A stretch of 64,000 nucleotides of DNA from assembly GCA_051530055.1 (NCBI GenBank), contig CM121342.1, positions 7,944,691-8,008,690 of the forward strand, written 5' to 3'. Below the pieces are notes generated by a model that saw nothing but the letters and a program-made list of their open reading frames with translations, was not told the DNA's origin and made no database searches. This document shows, piece by piece, positions 59,120 to 64,000 of the stretch. Every line of letters starts with the position of its first letter. Position 1 is the stretch's first letter. Origin of the DNA: Neoechinorhynchus agilis (lineage: Eukaryota > Animalia > Acanthocephala). A program made the position numbers and the translations under genes.

Positions 59120-62100
59120 ATGAACAGAGAACGAGAATCGGTCAAGTATTCCACTTTTATTGATTTTGCATTAAAATGTAACGATAGGAAAAGCGTAAGC
59201 GATTCACCTTCAGTAACTACTAAGAAAAGTACGGTCGAACAAAAGGTCGAAGAAACATCTGAACGAGTAGAAGCAAGAGCAAAAGGAAAACCTAAATCAC
59301 AACCCTCCGATCCATTTCGGTAATAATACACCTACTCCACCCTGGCCATCATCCCTCGTTACTCTGAATTTGACCCATCGTGTCATGCACTCCTCCCTCG
59401 AGGATATAAATCGCACGTTTTTTATTTCTGGTATGCCGGAAGCCTCTTCTACAGATCCTGTCGCCACTGATGCACACAATCGCCACCAAATCCTTCGTAT
59501 CGGTCAACTCCTTTTCCCCGGCATTCACTCTACTATTCCTTCCTCCGTCAACTGTTATGGGCATTCCCTCCAGAAATCCCTTGAAATCGAGACCACGTCT
59601 CCTCAAAGTAACTTTTATTTCACAACTCGTAGCCTCCTTCTTACTTAACAAGAGATACAGACTCCTCACTTCGCAACCTTCTGTTCGTATTTATCCACAT
59701 AAGAACTCATTACAAAATCTTTCCACCGCCTTTCCAAACTCAAAACAGACCTCATCTTCCCAATATAATCCTTCACTTTTAGCGAACACCCTCGAACATC
59801 TTCCTCATCCCAAAAACTCGAAGAATAAGCGACTTTCCAGTTTCTTTGATTATGTGCAACTCCACCAGCGCCCGAAAAAACACAACGGTCAATCTCCTAG
59901 CCTTTCCACTTTAAACGCTCTCCTTTTCCCGAATCAAGTAAATAATAATCGCTGTACCCTACAAAAAACAACATAAATTGGCAAGTCCAACCGTAGCTGA
60001 TTTATACAAAGTCCCAACCCTAAACTCATTTCTATCATTACCATTCACTCATCCCAACTCAAATTGTCGAGTCGCCCTGGACTTCTCTTTGGGATAATCA
60101 ATCGTTCTTTGTCGGCATCCCGTAACGATTCCTCCCTTAATCCACCACCCGCAACGAAGAATGCAACCCCAATCTCCCATACCTCCGACCCCGATTTCCC
60201 GAAATCCAAAATTCCCTTCCCCACTGTTTTCTACTCCAATATTCGCAGCCTCCTTCCTAAACTAGATGAAATTTCACTCATTTCATCTACCTCAAAAGCC
60301 GACGTAGTCATCTTAACAGAAACGTGGCATACCCCTTCAACAGCGATTCAGCCGCTTCTCAATTTACGTACGGCAATCGCTACTTTACTCTTTATCTCTC
60401 ACAGGCTCTCTTCAAAAACCCGATCTAGAATTCACCGCATTCCATTTCATAGCTCCTCTGAGAAATGGTCGTAGAGAATTATCAATTGCTAGCGTCTATC
60501 GCCCTCCAGCCTCTCGTCCGGGGTCCTCCTTGCTCCAAATTGACTCTAGTATGGAGCTCATAAACTCCACAAATTCACACCATTTCTTAATTGCAGGGGA
60601 CTTCAATAAACTATTTCCTCTTCTACCCTTCTCCGAGTTGCTTCAACTTATTGACTTCCCAGCTCGTCTTGACGCTCACCTCGACAAAGTGTTCACAAAT
60701 ATCGACACCTACTCATCCGCCTCTAAACCCCTCCCCAAGCGAACTAATGCCACTCTTCTGTTTTTATTACTCCCACCACCCCACCTCAGCGTATAAAATC
60801 TCCCGGTTTACCCGTCTGGGATAAACGTGATCATCACGTCCGAAATTTTATAAAACTGTTCACCTCTAATATTCGCACATTCCACTCTGACAAGACAAAT
60901 GACCCTTCCTTGGGCATGTCCTCCTAAACTTCAATCATAAAAATTTCCTTACTTCGGCAATTCCAAAAAAATTCATTAGGATCTAAAAACCGTGACCCAT
61001 TATGGATAATCGCCATCTTGAAACTTCTTCAAAATCAAGCTTCTAAGTCCCATCGCAATAACTCTCCATACTTTCTCCGTTTACAAAAAGCACTAACTAG
61101 CAAAATACTTGTCGCCCGCAAAAACGTTCTTTTCTCCAAAATTCATTTAGGTGGCAATTCAACGTGGTGGCGGGACGTCAAGAACTCTGTTGGTCTATGC
61201 AGTCACCTCCACTGAATTAAAACAGGTTCTAGATTCCATCAATCAGAACCTCTGCCCTTACTCAAATTACAACCATTGCTCATACTTTGACTCCACACAA
61301 ACTATCCCTTCCTCAACTGACACTTCCACTTTCTTTAGTTTCGTCATACGAAAGTACCACAGCATCTCAAGAAATTACAACGAAGTTCGTCCTCTCAATC
61401 AGAAATCCCAAATTGGGCTCTTCGCTACATCATCCCGAACGCATCGACCATCTTACCAGCATTATAAACCTCAGCTTTTTATATGGCATCTACCCCTAAT
61501 GCCTGAAAACTGCTAAAGTTATCCTTCTTCCAAAAAAGAACATCCTATTTCTACCGAATCATTCCATCAAATATCCATTCTACCCACTCTTTCAAAAATC
61601 ATCGAAAAATGTTTTAAATCTGCCTTTCTTTCACTTCTCAACGAAAAGTTATCGCCTCTACCATTTGGCTTCCGGCCCAAATTTTTTGCAACCGATGCCC
61701 TACTTTGCATTTTTGACACGCTCCTACGTAACCTCGACAATAATCCCTCCTACGTCACCCGTCTCATTCCGCTGGATTTATCGAAAGCATTCGATTCCGT
61801 GGACCATTCACTCCTTCTCCGGGGCTGCTCCGATTGTGGTCTCAATTTATGGCAGATCCGCTGGCTCGAATCTTATCTTCACAATCGCAAACAATACCGT
61901 TCTACCTCTTCTATCAGCCTATCCCTCGCCAAAGGCGTACCTCAAGATGCTGTGCTGTCACCACTTCTCTTAAATATTTTCCTAAACGACCTCAAACCTC
62001 TTTCCTCTCACACTAAACTCCTCTTTTACACCGACGAAATCACCCTCATCACCCATTCACCACCTCTCCCTCTCCTTAACATCTAACGAAATCACAAACA

Positions 62101-62990
62101 TAAAAGATTTCTGTACCAATCACAAGCTCCACCTGAATTTCTCTGAATGCTTCGAAATGATCCCCTCTCTCCCGCAACCCCACATCCTCCCCAGACCTAC
62201 CAAATGAACGAGTAACCTCCCTAAGAATTATGGGTCTCCAATTTCAATCAAACTTGAAATGGGACTCGCATTTCACTCTCTCCCTCAAGCTCAATACCTT
62301 TAAAATTTATCTCCTCAAATGCCATCAACATTTAGGAATCCCTTCACCCGATCTCCACAAATTTTACTTCTGCTTTATTTTACCACCCCTATCTCACGGT
62401 TACCCCGTATTTTGCAACCTATCCAAATCTTAAATCCGTCATCTTGAAATGTTTCATAAAAGAGTATCTAAAAGTTGCACAACTTTTTCCCCCACTCACC
62501 GAATGCCTTGATGCTATTTTCATAAAACAATCAAAACGCCTCTCAACCATACCACCTCAATTTCTACAACACATCTTCCCCTTTTCACATGAGCACAACA
62601 CTTGTAATCCTAATTCGTTTCATTATCCCTGTACCTACGCTCCTTTTTCCATGCTACCCAATCTTCTCGGATATCAGTACTTGAAATGATTCTGAAGAAA
62701 GACCAACCTTACAAGCGCTCACTGCAAGAAATAAACACCAATTCCCACCAGAACGGACCTTCCAACCTAACCGGATATTCTCAAACGAACGGACACATTC
62801 TCACCCGAACGAACCTCCCCCGACTGGATAGTTCCCATCCGAATAGGAATCCCTCTGACCACCTCCAGAACGGGCATCCCTCGATTGGATATTCCCATCC
62901 TAACGGGTACGTTTTTTGGAACAACTGTGAACTCGAGTGCTTATGAGGACCCAAAGTTACATGGGTACTATTCTGTATTTTTTAGCGATA
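59120..62990 (+). mobile_element. Most complete L2/CR1-group LINE copy: ORF1 relic, APE, RT and 3' tail; all frames disrupted
   Basis: ORF1-like RTFFISGMPE; APE motifs YSNIRSLLPKLDEI, ILTETW, IAGDFN and LDKVFTN; RT motifs LDLSKAFDSV, GVPQD and YTDE; tail GGACCC..GGGTAC followed by ATAAACGTG. Confidence 0.9.
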
Positions 62991-63207
62991 AACGTGCTAT
63001 TATTATAAATTTATAACAACGTTGTCTACTGGGATTATTTAAGGTTTACGTTCATCGGTATAACCTTCATCAATATTCTAAAACCTTCTCTTCGACAACA
63101 AAAAGGGAACAAACATTTAAGCTAAAAATCCACTTACCTTTTTAACTAATTCACCACGAGTTCGTCCTTACAACCTTTAGCGTTCATGCTCATTTATTTA
63201 AAGCATT

Positions 63208-63724
63208 TTAAGATATGTTTAACTTGTATCTAGCGAGCTTGGCAAGATTTAGCATTTCCGCTTGATTAACTTGGCCTTTATTTGTATCTACTCGTGTTGC
63301 ACTTCTGGACCGTTGTTTTGATCCGCCGCCTCCGCCAGCACTACCAGAAGGACTTTGAGTTCGAATGGTTTGGGGTGAAGGTGGCCGGTCGCCGGATTGT
63401 TTTAGCAACCAGTTTTGAATACTAGCCAAGTAGTTCTGTTGCATTCCAATAACCGATCCAGGTCTGCAAATTCGACACCATGCAATCGCCTGAGGAGCTG
63501 TAATCTTGTATTTCCATATCAGATACGCACATATCAGAGTTCCAGTTCGTCCTAAACCGGCCTTACAATGGATTGCTAATGCTCCTTTCTCTTCGTGGCA
63601 AATCTTTAGGAATTTGCATACGATATCGTTAGTAGGCGCTGATCCATCTCTGAATAGCATGTCGTAGTGCTTAATGCCATTCTCGGTAAACACTGATTTC
63701 GAATAAGTCTTGGGACTGTTTAGT
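63208..63724 (-). CDS. CDC14: Dual-specificity phosphatase CDC14, 3' exon; upstream exons unresolved or beyond the window
   Basis: RLN..K.Y....F, DMLFRDGSAP, catalytic HCKAGLGRTG, AIAWCRICRPGSVIG.QQ; AG acceptor at 63725-63726. Confidence 0.93.
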
Positions 63725-64000
63725 CTATCGAAATCGTAACTAAGTCAAAGACCGAAAAAAGGTTCTGAAGAAATTTAACAAATATATCCCAAAGCTATAA
63801 AGAAGTTTCCTAGTGTTGTAGTGATCATAATTCCGGATAGAAAAAAATTTCGTTTTCCCAGTTCATTTCCAAAGCCAAAGATCTTTTTTCTGGTGTATTT
63901 CGCGAGGGAAACCTTCCTCTTTCGATATGTCTCAATTCAAAATATACTTTATCCGCGAGGAAATGATAATCACCACGCATTTCCAGCCTTTTTAAAGTTT

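Noticed and set aside
63730-64000. Upstream CDC14 exon model (RLEMRGDYHFLADK resembles RVENGDFNWIVPGK)
   Set aside because: Suggestive, but I could not build a consistent spliced frame to the 63724 exon, so it is left unannotated.

Overview
AT-rich eukaryotic (animal) DNA with many short (44-55 nt) GT-AG introns. The window is a repeat- and retroelement-rich patchwork. Host genes: PSMA2 (3 exons), an RNI-type LRR protein, a single-exon short protocadherin-like cadherin, an ankyrin/SAM-like gene, a T-box factor, FIP1 and the 3' exon of CDC14. Repeats: two satellite arrays (87-89 bp monomers with higher-order structure at 1-3055; about 26 copies of a 300-310 bp monomer at 25140-33085), seven decayed copies of an L2/CR1-group LINE, four CRE-clade (RT + restriction-like endonuclease) retroelement copies (one with an intact ~800-aa frame), two Penelope-like relics lodged inside LINE copies, a pogo/Tigger (CENP-B-type) HTH relic and MITE-like hairpins. 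The most notable structure is an ~11.2-kb quasi-palindrome (arms 5668-8679 and 13899-16903). Each arm carries an intact, nearly identical, highly divergent histone H3 variant with CenH3/CENP-A-like hallmarks. The spacer holds a CRE element, a nested 400-bp inverted repeat and a spliced orphan gene. An Argonaute MID-PIWI pseudogene, only partly shown in the ORF track, sits just outside the left arm. All family assignments come from motif recognition by eye; no database search was run, and repeat boundaries are approximate.
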